Positions 31,393-41,520 are shown, counted from the first letter of the stretch. The stretch is DNA of 64,000 bases from Candidatus Oxydemutatoraceae bacterium (GCA_965218975.1 OZ244717.1:288001-352000); one strand, 5' to 3'. Made by a program: numbers and translations. Notes: generated by a model from the letters alone, not told the origin.

Positions 31393-31740
31393 TTTTGTGT
31401 TTGTTGGCGGATTGTCGGCGGATGTTTAGCGCAGGGCCTGTCATCCATGACGCGACTGGATTCTGTCAACAAGCCCCAGCCCCCACATCCTTGTCGGGTC
31501 GTTCGCCGCTGAAAACCAATTGGTTTTCCGGGCGTGTCTCACCCATGACGCGACTGGGTTCTGTCAACAAGCCCCAGCCCCGACGTCCTTGTCGGGTCGT
31601 TCGCCGCTGAAAACCAATTGGTTTTCCGGGCGCGTCTCACCCATGACGCGACTGGGTTCTGTCAACAAGCCCCTGCCCCGACATCCTTGTCGGGTCGTTT
31701 GCCACTGAAAACCGATCGGTTTTCCGGGCGCGTCTCACCC
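31393..31740 (+). repeat. 98-bp modular element, copy B (leader + 3 units)
   Basis: Units start at 31446, 31544 and 31642 (period 98). Confidence 0.92.
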
Positions 31741-31951
31741 TGACGGACGGCGGGAGTGAGTTTCAAGGACAGTTTGCCCGGCTCATCCGGGAATCACCCG
31801 CGATTGAGCAGTGGCTGACCTATCCCAAGTGTCTAAAAATGAACGCGCACATCGAGCGCTTCAACCGCACCGTCCAAGAAGATTGTATCGATCATGCGGA
31901 AGACCTGCTATTCGCCGATACGGAAGCATTCAATGACCAGTTATGAAACCG

Positions 31952-32210
31952 TTTTGTTTTATTGGTGGATTTTCGGCGGATTGTGCCGGATGTTTAGCGC
32001 AGGGCCTGTCATCCATGACGAGACTTGGTTCTGTCAACAAGCCCCAGCCCCGACGTCCTTGTCGGGTCGTTCGCCGCTGAAAACCAATTGGTTTTCCGGG
32101 CGCGTCTCACCCATGACGCGACTTGGTTCTGTCAACAAGCCCCAGCCCCGACGTCCTTGTCGGGTCGTTCGTCGCTGAAAACCAATTGGTTTTCCGGGCG
32201 CGTCTCACCC
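31952..32210 (+). repeat. 98-bp modular element, copy C (leader + 2 units)
   Basis: Units start at 32014 and 32112. Confidence 0.92.
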
Positions 32211-32360
32211 TGCACCGCCCTCATATCGGCAACGGACAGAAAGCACCGACCCGAATGTTACTGCCGAACGCTTCCTCCGAAGCTCTTCAAAAATCCCATT
32301 TAGGGTGGCATCGTACAGGACCTATACAAACCCTTGTAGTTGTGCCAGAATAGCGCTTTA

Positions 32361-33359
32361 ATGACATCGTGTTTCACTGCAACGCCTCCAGTCTCTTCTC
32401 CGCTACTTCCATTTGACGAGCACGGAAACCTAAAGCATTTTCTGACAATTGAAGGATTGTCCGAAGCACAATTCATCAATGTGCTAAATACAGCGGAGTC
32501 TTTTATCGCCGATGACAATCGTAGCGTTAGAAAAATACCTTTATTGCGAGGTAAAACCATTATTAATACCTTCTTTGAAGCCAGTACTCGTACTCGTTCC
32601 GCCTTCGAGCTCGCTGCAAAAAGGTTATCTGCCGATGTCATGAATTTTCATATCGATATGGCATCTTTACAAAAAGGTGAATCATTGTTGGATACATTAA
32701 AAAATATCCATGCAATGGGAGTTGATATGTTTATTATCAGACATCCCAATAGCGGCGCTACCGAGTTTATTGCCCGACATCTTGGCGATAAAGTTTCTAT
32801 TGTTAATGCCGGAGACGGAAGCCATGCACATCCGACCCAAGCTTTGCTTGACATGCTGACTATTAAAAAGATGAAACAGGATTTTAGGCACTTAAAAGTT
32901 GCTATTGTCGGAGATATTCTACATTCGCGAGTTGCGCGTTCTGAAATTACCGCTTTGACGTTGATGGGCGTAGAAGAAATACGTTTGATTGCACCGCAAA
33001 CTTTACTGCCGACAGGTATTGATACGGAAAATATCCGGTTATATAACGATCTTGACGAAGGTTTGCGAAATGTTGATGTTGTTATTATTTTGCGTTTGCA
33101 AAAAGAGCGGATGACTAGCGCTTTTTTGCCTAGCGAAAGAGAATATTATTTATGTTACGGAGTAACGACGAAGCGTCTTTGCCATGCAAAGCCTGACGTC
33201 ATGGTAATGCATCCGGGGCCGATTAATCGCGGAGTAGAGATTAGTTCCGAGGTTGCCGATGGTCTTTATTCTGTTCTCTTAAAACAAGTCGGATTAGGGG
33301 TTGTGGCAAGGATGGCGGTGATGTCTTTGATTCTGGGTAGGCATGCCGATGACGGTTAA
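32361..33359 (+). CDS. pyrB: aspartate carbamoyltransferase catalytic subunit
   Basis: FFEASTRTR, HPTQALLD, MHPGP. Confidence 0.96.
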   Translation: MTSCFTATPPVSSPLLPFDEHGNLKHFLTIEGLSEAQFINVLNTAESFIADDNRSVRKIPLLRGKTIINTFFEASTRTRSAFELAAKRLSADVMNFHIDMASLQKGESLLDTLKNIHAMGVDMFIIRHPNSGATEFIARHLGDKVSIVNAGDGSHAHPTQALLDMLTIKKMKQDFRHLKVAIVGDILHSRVARSEITALTLMGVEEIRLIAPQTLLPTGIDTENIRLYNDLDEGLRNVDVVIILRLQKERMTSAFLPSEREYYLCYGVTTKRLCHAKPDVMVMHPGPINRGVEISSEVADGLYSVLLKQVGLGVVARMAVMSLILGRHADDG

Positions 33360-34626
33360 GGTAGTGATACGTCAAGGAACAATCGTTGGTCCTAGTACTG
33401 GGGGAAGCGGGGTTCGTGATTTATTTATTCAAAACGGACGGATAGATCTTTCCGGTAATTTACAATCTTATGCCGATGCTAAGGTGATTAATGCTAAGGG
33501 GCGTTTGGTGTTATCCGGGCTAGTTGATTTGGCAACACATTTACGTGAACCCGGGCTTGAACATAAAGCGACCATCGCTTCAGAGTTGCGCGCAGCGATC
33601 GCTTGCGGAATCACAACATTATGCTGTTTACCCGCCACCAGTCCGCCAATTACTTCGCCATCTGATGTACAGTTGGTACAGCAACGCGCGCGGCAACAAA
33701 AGTTTGATAATGTACTTGTGATTGGCGGGATAACGGCTGATTTGAAAGGCGAGGCTTTGGCGGAGATGGCAGCATTAAAATCATCCGGCTGTGTTGCGGT
33801 GAGCAATGTTTTGAATCCTTGGGCAGATACCGGCGTTTTGAAAAGAGCGCTTGAATATGCTATGGGACTTGATTTGTTGGTTATGTTGTACCCGATGGAC
33901 TGTGCATTGAGCAAAAATGGTTGCGCACATCAGGGGAGGGTTTCCGCTCAATTAGGTTTGTCAGCTATACCGGTATCCGCGGAGACCAGCGCATTAGCAC
34001 AATATCTAGCTTTAATTGAGGATGTAGGTACGCGAGTGCACTTTTGTCGATTGTCTTGCGCACGTTCGGTAGAAATGATTGCCCAAGCGCACAAAGCAGG
34101 CCTGCCGGTTACGGCGGATGTTGCGGCGCATCAACTATTTTTATGTGATGAAGATGTACGCGGCTTTGATTCGGGGTATCATGTTTTGCCGCCATTGCGT
34201 AGTCGCGAGGACCGCGATGCTTTGAGATGGGGTTTGAGTCAAGATGTGATCAGTGCGGTTTGTTCTGATCATCAGCCGCATGATGCCAATGCCAAGCTGG
34301 CACCGTTCCCATCTTCAGAACCAGGGATTTCTTCACTGGAAACTTTATTACCCTTGATGTTTGAGCTGGTTGATGAAAGCGTCATTTCTTTAACTAAAGC
34401 GGTTGCGCTGGTAACTACAAACCCGGCACAAATATTAGGTATTGATCGAGGCCGCCTCGATGAAATGGCAATTGCCGATATTTGCATTGTTGATCCGTCT
34501 CAGCAATGGACTCTTACTAAAGAAGCCATGCTTAGCGCCGGTAAGAATACTCCGTTTCTAGGTAAGCAATTTAGTCATCGAGTCACACATACCATTATTA
34601 ATGGTGTTATTGCCTATGGTGAATAG
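33343..34626 (+). CDS. pyrC: dihydroorotase-like protein, probably inactive PyrC'
   Basis: Amidohydrolase fold (LREPG, SDHQPH), but several metal-binding His are replaced (DLATH, LYPMD, FCRLS). Confidence 0.85.
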   Translation: MPMTVKVVIRQGTIVGPSTGGSGVRDLFIQNGRIDLSGNLQSYADAKVINAKGRLVLSGLVDLATHLREPGLEHKATIASELRAAIACGITTLCCLPATSPPITSPSDVQLVQQRARQQKFDNVLVIGGITADLKGEALAEMAALKSSGCVAVSNVLNPWADTGVLKRALEYAMGLDLLVMLYPMDCALSKNGCAHQGRVSAQLGLSAIPVSAETSALAQYLALIEDVGTRVHFCRLSCARSVEMIAQAHKAGLPVTADVAAHQLFLCDEDVRGFDSGYHVLPPLRSREDRDALRWGLSQDVISAVCSDHQPHDANAKLAPFPSSEPGISSLETLLPLMFELVDESVISLTKAVALVTTNPAQILGIDRGRLDEMAIADICIVDPSQQWTLTKEAMLSAGKNTPFLGKQFSHRVTHTIINGVIAYGE

Positions 34627-34631
34627 GGAAT

Positions 34632-35513
34632 ATGAAAATGGGGCCGAAACAGAAAATTCTTGTTGAGGATGCGTATATTATGGCGCATCATGCTTATGCG
34701 CAAGGACAATATATTATGCGCCTATCAATGCCACAATGCGCTCAACTCGCCAAGCCCGGTCAATTTATTCATTTGCAATGTTCCAAAGAACTCCCACTCC
34801 GCCGGCCATATTCAATTTTGAATGCCTGTCCGCGAGAAGGCTGGGTTGATTTTATGTATCGGGTAGTCGGTCAAGGGAGCAGTTTTTTGGCAAGAAAAAA
34901 AAAGGGTAATCGCTTAAATAGCATGGGACCGATCGGTAAACCGTTTTGTATAGCATCATCCGAAGTTAAACCTTTACTACTAGGTGGCGGATTGGGAATT
35001 CCGCCGATACTATTTTTGGCGCATTATCTAAATGATATGGATATCCGACCGGTTGCTTTTCTTGCTTCGGAAAGACCGCTTCCTTTTGATGTCAGTCAGT
35101 CCTCTCATGCGCAAGGGATTTTTAAAGATTTAGAAGTACGAGCGACACTGACCATGCTGGAGAAGCGAGGAATAGTCGCACGTTTATGTAGCCGGAAAGA
35201 TTATCCCGGCTACTTTAGAGGGCGTATTGATCATTTGACGGATTTTTGGCTGGCTAACCTCAGTCGAATGGAACAACGGCAAACAGAAATTTTTGCATGC
35301 GGCCCCCCTGCAATGTTGAAAAACATTGCGCTGCTCGCCAAAAGGTACCAAATCGCATGTCAAGTATGTGTTGAAGAGTATATGGCATGTGGTGTGGGCG
35401 GTTGCGCCGGGTGTACTGTTCAAGCCATCGTTGACGGTAAACCGATAATGAAGCGTGTTTGTGTTGACGGGCCGGTTTTTTGCGCCGATGAATTGTATGG
35501 GTGCGATAAATAA
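34632..35513 (+). CDS. pyrK: dihydroorotate dehydrogenase electron-transfer subunit
   Basis: LRRPYS, GGGLGIPP, ACGP, MACGVGGCAGC...VCVDGPVF. Confidence 0.88.
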   Translation: MKMGPKQKILVEDAYIMAHHAYAQGQYIMRLSMPQCAQLAKPGQFIHLQCSKELPLRRPYSILNACPREGWVDFMYRVVGQGSSFLARKKKGNRLNSMGPIGKPFCIASSEVKPLLLGGGLGIPPILFLAHYLNDMDIRPVAFLASERPLPFDVSQSSHAQGIFKDLEVRATLTMLEKRGIVARLCSRKDYPGYFRGRIDHLTDFWLANLSRMEQRQTEIFACGPPAMLKNIALLAKRYQIACQVCVEEYMACGVGGCAGCTVQAIVDGKPIMKRVCVDGPVFCADELYGCDK

Positions 35514-36198
35514 ACAGACAATCGGACGTAACCTGCCTGCGGTATTATCACGCATTCGCCGATATGAGAAAAAATACAGTCGATCTGAAAATAGCGTACA
35601 ACTTTTAGCAATCAGTAAGACTAGACCAGTACAAATGATTACCGAAGGGTTTACACTTGGGCAGTGCCAATTTGGTGAAAACTATGTACAAGAAGCTGAG
35701 AAAAAGATTAATCTATTGCATAAATTAAACATAGTCTGGCATTTTACCGGCCCGATTCAAAGCAATAAAGCGAAAAAAATCGCTGCATTGTTTTCTTGGG
35801 TACACAGCGTTGACCGTATATCGGTGGCAAAAAAATTATCGGATAACAGACCGCTTACCACTCAACCGTTGAATGTATGTGTGCAGGTTAATCTCAGTGG
35901 TGAAAGCGCTAAATCCGGGGTTCCCGTTGACTCTGTTTATTCGATTGCGGATTCAGTCAAGGCGTTACCCCAGCTACGTTTGCGTGGACTTATGGCAATT
36001 CCGGCGCCGCAAAAAGACTTTGCTTTGCAACGTCGAGTATTTTCAGTACTACGTTCAATATACGAGAACATGAAGGAGGATTATTGTTTAGACACTTTAT
36101 CAATGGGAATGAGTGATGATTTTGAATCGGCGATTGCAGAGGGTGCGACGATGGTGCGGTTGGGTACGGCGATCTTTGGTCCGCGTAATACTGCCTGA
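35497..36198 (+). CDS. yggS: PLP homeostasis protein YggS
   Basis: LLAISKT, FGENYVQE, WHFTGPIQSNK, LSMGMSDD. Confidence 0.94.
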   Translation: MGAINKQTIGRNLPAVLSRIRRYEKKYSRSENSVQLLAISKTRPVQMITEGFTLGQCQFGENYVQEAEKKINLLHKLNIVWHFTGPIQSNKAKKIAALFSWVHSVDRISVAKKLSDNRPLTTQPLNVCVQVNLSGESAKSGVPVDSVYSIADSVKALPQLRLRGLMAIPAPQKDFALQRRVFSVLRSIYENMKEDYCLDTLSMGMSDDFESAIAEGATMVRLGTAIFGPRNTA

Positions 36199-36430
36199 GC
36201 GTTTTGATTTTGAATAGATGCTATAAACTATTTACGTTATTTGTCGTGATGTATTGTACAAGTTCGAGAACATACCGCATCATTTACTGCTCGAACAAAG
36301 ACAATGCAATATCAGCTATTAGCCGCCGTGTCGAACCGCTTTATACATTGTGTTAAAAGAATAGACGGTTGCTAACGATAGGTACTTTGCGATAGGTGTG
36401 GGCGGCTTAGCAATTCTCTAAGAGGGATTA

Positions 36431-37177
36431 TCACGGTATGCGGCGGTGTAAGTGTTTTCGCAACGCTTGCAGCGAATGTCTGAACAGACAATAAAGCGAC
36501 ATGATTAGCGATAACCCCTGTGTATCTCTACACATTCTATAAGTCAAATATTTGGCTAGTAGAAGCTGCGAAGAAAGTGAATTACTCCGTTTTATCCAAT
36601 ACGTCATAGGCTGACGTATTCCCAACGCTGAATCACATTGTCGCAGTATATTTAACCAAGTCGCGAAATCTTCCGACATACTTAACGTGGGCATATAGAC
36701 TTTACCGAACGCCAAAGTATCATAAACCACTGTTGAAGTGCCGATGATATTTCCTCTTAGCAGGCGTTTGTAGTTCACTTTCTCCGGCACGTTTATCAAC
36801 ACTTTGCCTTTTTGTGATTTGATTATATAACTTGTATATGAAAAGCTCGCTGCTTTCCTTTGCATTTTGCCGATTTGTACTGACAATTTATGCGGCAACC
36901 AATAATCATCCGAATCAAGGAAAGCGATATATCGGCCTGTTGCTGCGTATATAGCTGAATTTCGCGCAGCGGCAGCCCCGCCATTCTTCGTGCGCTTTAT
37001 CAGTTTGATACGCGGGTCGTTTATTTTTTGAACTGTAGCACAAGTGTCGTCGGTCGACGAGTCGTCTGCAATTATCACTTCCAGGTTGTCGTATGTCTGG
37101 TTTAATACAGACTCAATGGCGCGCACTATGTAGGATGAGGAGTTATAGCTCGGTATGACGACAGATACTTTTTCCAT
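36431..37177 (-). CDS. glycosyltransferase family 2 (TuaG-like)
   Basis: VIPSYN, DDSSTD, FLDSDDYW, ED motif; AT-rich and next to an IS end. Confidence 0.9.
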   Translation of the reverse strand: MEKVSVVIPSYNSSSYIVRAIESVLNQTYDNLEVIIADDSSTDDTCATVQKINDPRIKLIKRTKNGGAAAARNSAIYAATGRYIAFLDSDDYWLPHKLSVQIGKMQRKAASFSYTSYIIKSQKGKVLINVPEKVNYKRLLRGNIIGTSTVVYDTLAFGKVYMPTLSMSEDFATWLNILRQCDSALGIRQPMTYWIKRSNSLSSQLLLAKYLTYRMCRDTQGLSLIMSLYCLFRHSLQALRKHLHRRIP

Positions 37178-37321
37178 ATTAAGGGACTATATAGCTTAAG
37201 AGACGTATCCCTTTATCCGGACGGTAAAGCTTGGTCTATAAGCAGGTTATTAGCCTAATTCGCATCGGGCTGCCACAATCAATCGTAGTAAATCATGTCA
37301 GGAGTCTGTTCGTCAAGTGTT

Positions 37322-38792
37322 TGTACGTGTCCAATACATTCCGGACAAATGAGGCCCGGGTAAATAGAGCGGCTGCCGGACAATGCCTTGATAGAGGGTC
37401 ATGTCGTTTAATCTCCGGTGGGGGCGCTCGCCGTTGTAGCGTTGTAGGTAATCGATCATCTGCCGGTTAAACGCACCGATGTCTTCAAGCAGTAATGCTT
37501 CCCGATAGCCGATAAACTCTTCCTGAACCGTACGGTTGAAGCTGAAGCGCTCGTTATAAGCATTCATTTTGGGGTACCCGGGCAAGTATAGCAGTGGCGG
37601 ATCTTTCGTTGCCGAATGTATTGATCGAATGCGCCTTGAAGCTCGTTGCCGTTGTCGGTCAATACTTGCTCGATTTTGCCCGGCAAGACTGTTTGCACCA
37701 AGGCGACAAACCGAGTCGCTTGGGTGCTATTGCCGCGAGGCACTGCCGCCGAAGGCAAAGCGGCTTGAATGATCCGTTGCGGTCGGAATATAGCGTCGGC
37801 TGCCTTCGATAAAACGGATAATAGTATCGAAAGCAACACAGTGTCCGACATGCTTGGCACCGGCTTTGCGATCTAGACGCGGGCGCGGCGGCTTACGTCG
37901 CAACGGTTTAGCTTGACCTTTGCGGTCCAAGTGCTGCGGTGAGAAACGCATCCGATCCGAGGCATCTGAAATCAAGCATCCGATCGTCGCCGCACTCGGA
38001 CACAACAACCATGCTTGCGGCACCACGGCAAGAGCAACACATAAACCTTGTCCCGTCCCTAGTGGGGTATCTTAGGCGCAGACGACGGATTTCCCGGGTC
38101 AGAGTTTGCGGCCAGACCTGCCGGCGGCGTTTACGCGGCGTTCTGCTGCAGTCGTGCAAACTGCTCAACCCTCCCTTTTGTGTTTGTTGGCGGATTGTCG
38201 GCGGATTGTGCCGGATTGTGCCGGATTGTCGGCAAAGTGCCTGTCATCCATGACGCGACTGGGTTCTGTCAATAAGCCCCAGCCCCGACGTCCTTGTCGG
38301 GTCGTTCACCGCTGAAAACCGGTCGGTTTTCCGGGCGCATCTCACCCATGACGCGACTGGGTTCTGTCAACAAGCCCCAGCCCCGACGTCCTTGTCGGGT
38401 CGTTCACCGCTGAAAACCGGTCGGTTTTCCGGGCGCGTCTCACCCATGACGCGACTGGGTTCTGTCAATGAGCGCCAGCCCCGACGTCCTTGTCGGGTCG
38501 TTCGCCGCTGAAAACCGGTCGGTTTTCCGGGCGCGTCTCACCCTGCCGATAGGCCAGGGGCGCCATACATACAGGGTCGAACGACTGACCTTGAATGCGT
38601 TCGGGAGTTACAACTATCCCAAAATGAGGGCATCATATTTCTGTTGAAGCTTAGAGTGCTCATGAGCCTCTATTTTTGAAGCAAAATTGGCTCATATAGA
38701 AACCTTTGATGCGGTGGCCGATGTGCTGGTATTGCATGCCGGTCACCTTTTTATTGACGTCCAAGAATCCAGTATGTATCTGGGCACGTACA
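37322..38792 (-). mobile_element. decayed IS481-family element (copy 2)
   Basis: Inverted ends TGTACGTGTCCAATACAT / TGTACGTGCCCAGATACAT. Frameshifted transposase from ATG 38737: MQYQHIGHRIKG, HCVAFDT, LTDNGNE, PKMNAYNERF...YNGERPH. Confidence 0.85.
38176..38543 (+). repeat. 98-bp modular element, copy D (leader + 3 units)
   Basis: Units start at 38249, 38347 and 38445; leader has repeated (G/C)CGGATTGT; flanked by CCCT on both sides. Confidence 0.92.
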
Positions 38793-38871
38793 ATCCAAGA
38801 GTCTTTCCTTTCGGTTTGACCGGAACTCTTCGGCATAAGCGATAAAGCCGCTAAAACGGTACAATATCGAC

Positions 38872-39390
38872 ATGGCGGGTTATCTCAAACCGATTAAAGC
38901 GGACATTACCACACTCGCGGTTGACGCCGTCGTCAACGCTGCTAATTCCACTTTACTCGGCGGTGGCGGAGTTGACGGTGCCATCCATGCCGCCGCCGGT
39001 AATCAACTACGTGAAGCATGTCACAAACTCGGCGGGTGCGCGACCGGCGAAGCCAAAATCACGTCAGGGTTTCAATTGCCTGCCCGCTATGTAATCCACA
39101 CTGTCGGCCCTGTCTGGCGCGACGGCAAACATCGTGAGGCGGAAGCGCTAGCGCAATGTTACTATCACGCATTAACTCTTGCGCGACAACATTCGCTGGT
39201 TAGCATTGCCTTCCCGGCAATCAGTTGCGGCGCGTACGGATATCCCCGCGATGCTGCCGTACTTTTGGCAGTGCAAACAACCGCCCGCTGGCTGAAACAA
39301 ACCGCTTACAACTTGGATGTCTTATTTGTCAACGTCAATGAAACGCTTCATCAGCTATATCAAAATGCCTGCAATCGTTATCAACCCTAA
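38872..39390 (+). CDS. macro-domain O-acetyl-ADP-ribose deacetylase (YmdB-like)
   Basis: ADIT, VNAAN, GGGGVDGAIH, IHTVGP, FPAISCGAYGYP. Confidence 0.92.
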   Translation: MAGYLKPIKADITTLAVDAVVNAANSTLLGGGGVDGAIHAAAGNQLREACHKLGGCATGEAKITSGFQLPARYVIHTVGPVWRDGKHREAEALAQCYYHALTLARQHSLVSIAFPAISCGAYGYPRDAAVLLAVQTTARWLKQTAYNLDVLFVNVNETLHQLYQNACNRYQP

Positions 39391-39940
39391 TACGCATCGC
39401 GTCACGACGGCAAAATACATCACTTCACCCAATGCCGACACGCGTCCGGCGGAAGTGAACTTAAACTTAATCGTAATACATTCTATCAGCGTGCCGCCCG
39501 GCGAATACGGAGGGAATGGTATTCAACAATTGTTTACGAATACACTTAATCCGAACGTACATCCATATTACCGCGATATCATGGACCTAAGAGTTTCAGC
39601 CCATATCGTGATTCGCCGCAATAGCAACTTGTTGCAGTTCGTTCCGTTCAACCGGCGCGCTTGGCATGCCGGAGAATCCCGCTACCAAGGACGTGAACAC
39701 TGTAATGATTTCTCTATCGGAATTGAATTGGAAGGCCGTGATGATCAACCGTTTGAAACGGGACAGTATCGGCAATTGGCAAAATTGGTACATGCGTTAT
39801 TGCTCGCTTATCCCAGCTTATCTGCCAAACATATTGCTTGCCACTCCGACATTGCACCGGGACGTAAAACTGACCCTGGAATTTACTTTGAGCGCAATTT
39901 TTTATCAAAATATCCTCAAAATGGCGAAACCAAACCATGA
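39365..39940 (+). CDS. ampD: anhydro-N-acetylmuramyl-L-alanine amidase
   Basis: SPNAD, IHSISVPP, VSAH, AWHAG, CNDFSIGIELEG, HSDIAPGRKTDPG. Confidence 0.94.
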   Translation: MPAIVINPNTHRVTTAKYITSPNADTRPAEVNLNLIVIHSISVPPGEYGGNGIQQLFTNTLNPNVHPYYRDIMDLRVSAHIVIRRNSNLLQFVPFNRRAWHAGESRYQGREHCNDFSIGIELEGRDDQPFETGQYRQLAKLVHALLLAYPSLSAKHIACHSDIAPGRKTDPGIYFERNFLSKYPQNGETKP

Positions 39941-41520
39941 ATACCGAACAATTAGTACAAAGACTAGCGGATCAAACGAACAAAGCGGTGGTCGCCGAAG
40001 GACATCAAATCGGTATTGAAAAAGAATCTTTACGCGTTGACACACACGGCGCGTTAGCTTACACACCGCATCCGGCGGCGCTAGGCGCAGCGCTAACTCA
40101 TCCCTATGTCACGACCGATTATTCCGAAATGCTACTTGAAATAATCGTGCCGCCGCAAAAGGATAATATCAATGCCGTTACATTCCTAAATAACTTGCAC
40201 ATTTATACCCATCACCATCTGGATAATGAAATTTTGTGGTCAAACAGCATGCCCTGCGTCACAAAAAATGATGTAACTATCCCATTGGCACAATATGGTT
40301 GCTCAAACATCGGCAGGATGAAAACCATTTATCGCAGCGGGCTCGGTCATCGTTACGGACGTTCAATGCAAACTATTTCCGGCATTCATTTCAACTATTC
40401 TTTTAATCCGCAACTTTGGTCTTGTCTTGCCGAAATCTTCGGTCGCGATACCGCACCCGAAACATTGCGTTCCGAATACTCAATGGGAGTCATCCGCAAT
40501 TTGATGCGCATTAGCTGGCTCATCACTTATTTGTTCGGCGCATCTCCCGCAGTTTGCAAGAGCTTTGTCGGTTCGGCACGAAATTTACAAGTTTTCGACG
40601 ACTGCTCCTTATACGGACCGTATGCGACTTCTCTGCGAATGGGAGATATCGGCTACCAAAATAATCTTGAGGCGAAAATGGATATCACGCCCTCGTACGA
40701 CTCGTTGGAAGAATATATTACATCGCTACGCCGTGCCGTAACCACGCCTTGCGAACAGTATAAAAAAATCGGCGTTTTGGTTAACGGCGAATATCGTCAA
40801 CTCAATGCCAATATTCTACAAATTGAAAACGAACATTACGCGACGGTACGGCCGAAATGTGTTGCGCGAAAAAACGAAATGCGCTTGCTCGGTTTGCACC
40901 GAGCCGGAGTCGAGTATATTGAGCTGCGTGCGCTAGACTTGAATGCATTCGACCCGGTCGGCCTTGATGTACGGCAATTGGATTTCCTTGAAGCCCTGTT
41001 CTGGCTGGCTTTACTTCAACCGAGTCCGCCGATGAATGCCGATGAGCAAAAAGAAGTTCACTATAACGAAATGTTAGTCGCTCACCAAGGACGCAAACCG
41101 GGGCTACGGCTGTTACACAACACAGCCGGAAGAAATCTGGCCGAGTGGGGCGATACAATTTGCAAGACAATTCAACCAATTGTCGAGTTACTTGATACGG
41201 CGCGCGGCGGCAATCGTTATCGCGCTGCGCTCGCTACGCAACAATACTTATTTGCCGAACCTGATGCCACCCCATCGGCAAGAGTGCTTGATGAGATGCG
41301 CACCAACCATGAAAGCTTTGCTGCAATGACGCTACGCAAGTCACATGAATTCCACCGTGACTTTTTAGCACAGTCGCTACCGGATGAACAATTAAAGCAA
41401 TGGCGTCGGCTGGTAGATGAATCTATTGCTCAGCAACAAGCGACGGAGCAACGGGAGACCCTGCCGCTGGATGACTTTATCAAAAATTACTTTGCGCAAT
41501 TAAATACGCTGCCGCAATGA
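39937..41520 (+). CDS. gshA: glutamate--cysteine ligase
   Basis: GIEKESLRV, TTDYSE, MQTISGIHFN, ATSLRM, LQIENE. Confidence 0.95.
   Translation: MNTEQLVQRLADQTNKAVVAEGHQIGIEKESLRVDTHGALAYTPHPAALGAALTHPYVTTDYSEMLLEIIVPPQKDNINAVTFLNNLHIYTHHHLDNEILWSNSMPCVTKNDVTIPLAQYGCSNIGRMKTIYRSGLGHRYGRSMQTISGIHFNYSFNPQLWSCLAEIFGRDTAPETLRSEYSMGVIRNLMRISWLITYLFGASPAVCKSFVGSARNLQVFDDCSLYGPYATSLRMGDIGYQNNLEAKMDITPSYDSLEEYITSLRRAVTTPCEQYKKIGVLVNGEYRQLNANILQIENEHYATVRPKCVARKNEMRLLGLHRAGVEYIELRALDLNAFDPVGLDVRQLDFLEALFWLALLQPSPPMNADEQKEVHYNEMLVAHQGRKPGLRLLHNTAGRNLAEWGDTICKTIQPIVELLDTARGGNRYRAALATQQYLFAEPDATPSARVLDEMRTNHESFAAMTLRKSHEFHRDFLAQSLPDEQLKQWRRLVDESIAQQQATEQRETLPLDDFIKNYFAQLNTLPQ

Larger units (their letters stand above)
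30786..32317 (+). mobile_element. decayed IS481-family element (copy 1), interrupted and partly duplicated
   Basis: Ends TGTATAATGCC.../...GGCATCGTACA. Transposase fragments: MQYQHIDHRIKGF (30841), LTDGGSEFQG...PKMNAHIERFNRTVQE (twice), LHRPH. Confidence 0.82.

Noticed and set aside
31393-32210. 98-bp repeats as a CRISPR array, attC cassette array or tRNA genes
   Set aside because: Units are directly head-to-tail with no unique spacers or cassettes, and I see no attC core sites or tRNA T-loop/CCA features.
31329-32303. ORFs predicted across the 98-bp repeats
   Set aside because: The period is not a multiple of 3 and the same peptides recur in shifting frames, so they are by-products of the repeat.
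38872-39390. Macro-domain gene as a defence component or antitoxin partner of Cas3-Fic
   Set aside because: It is a typical YmdB-like housekeeping protein overlapping ampD and is separated from the cas locus by core genes.
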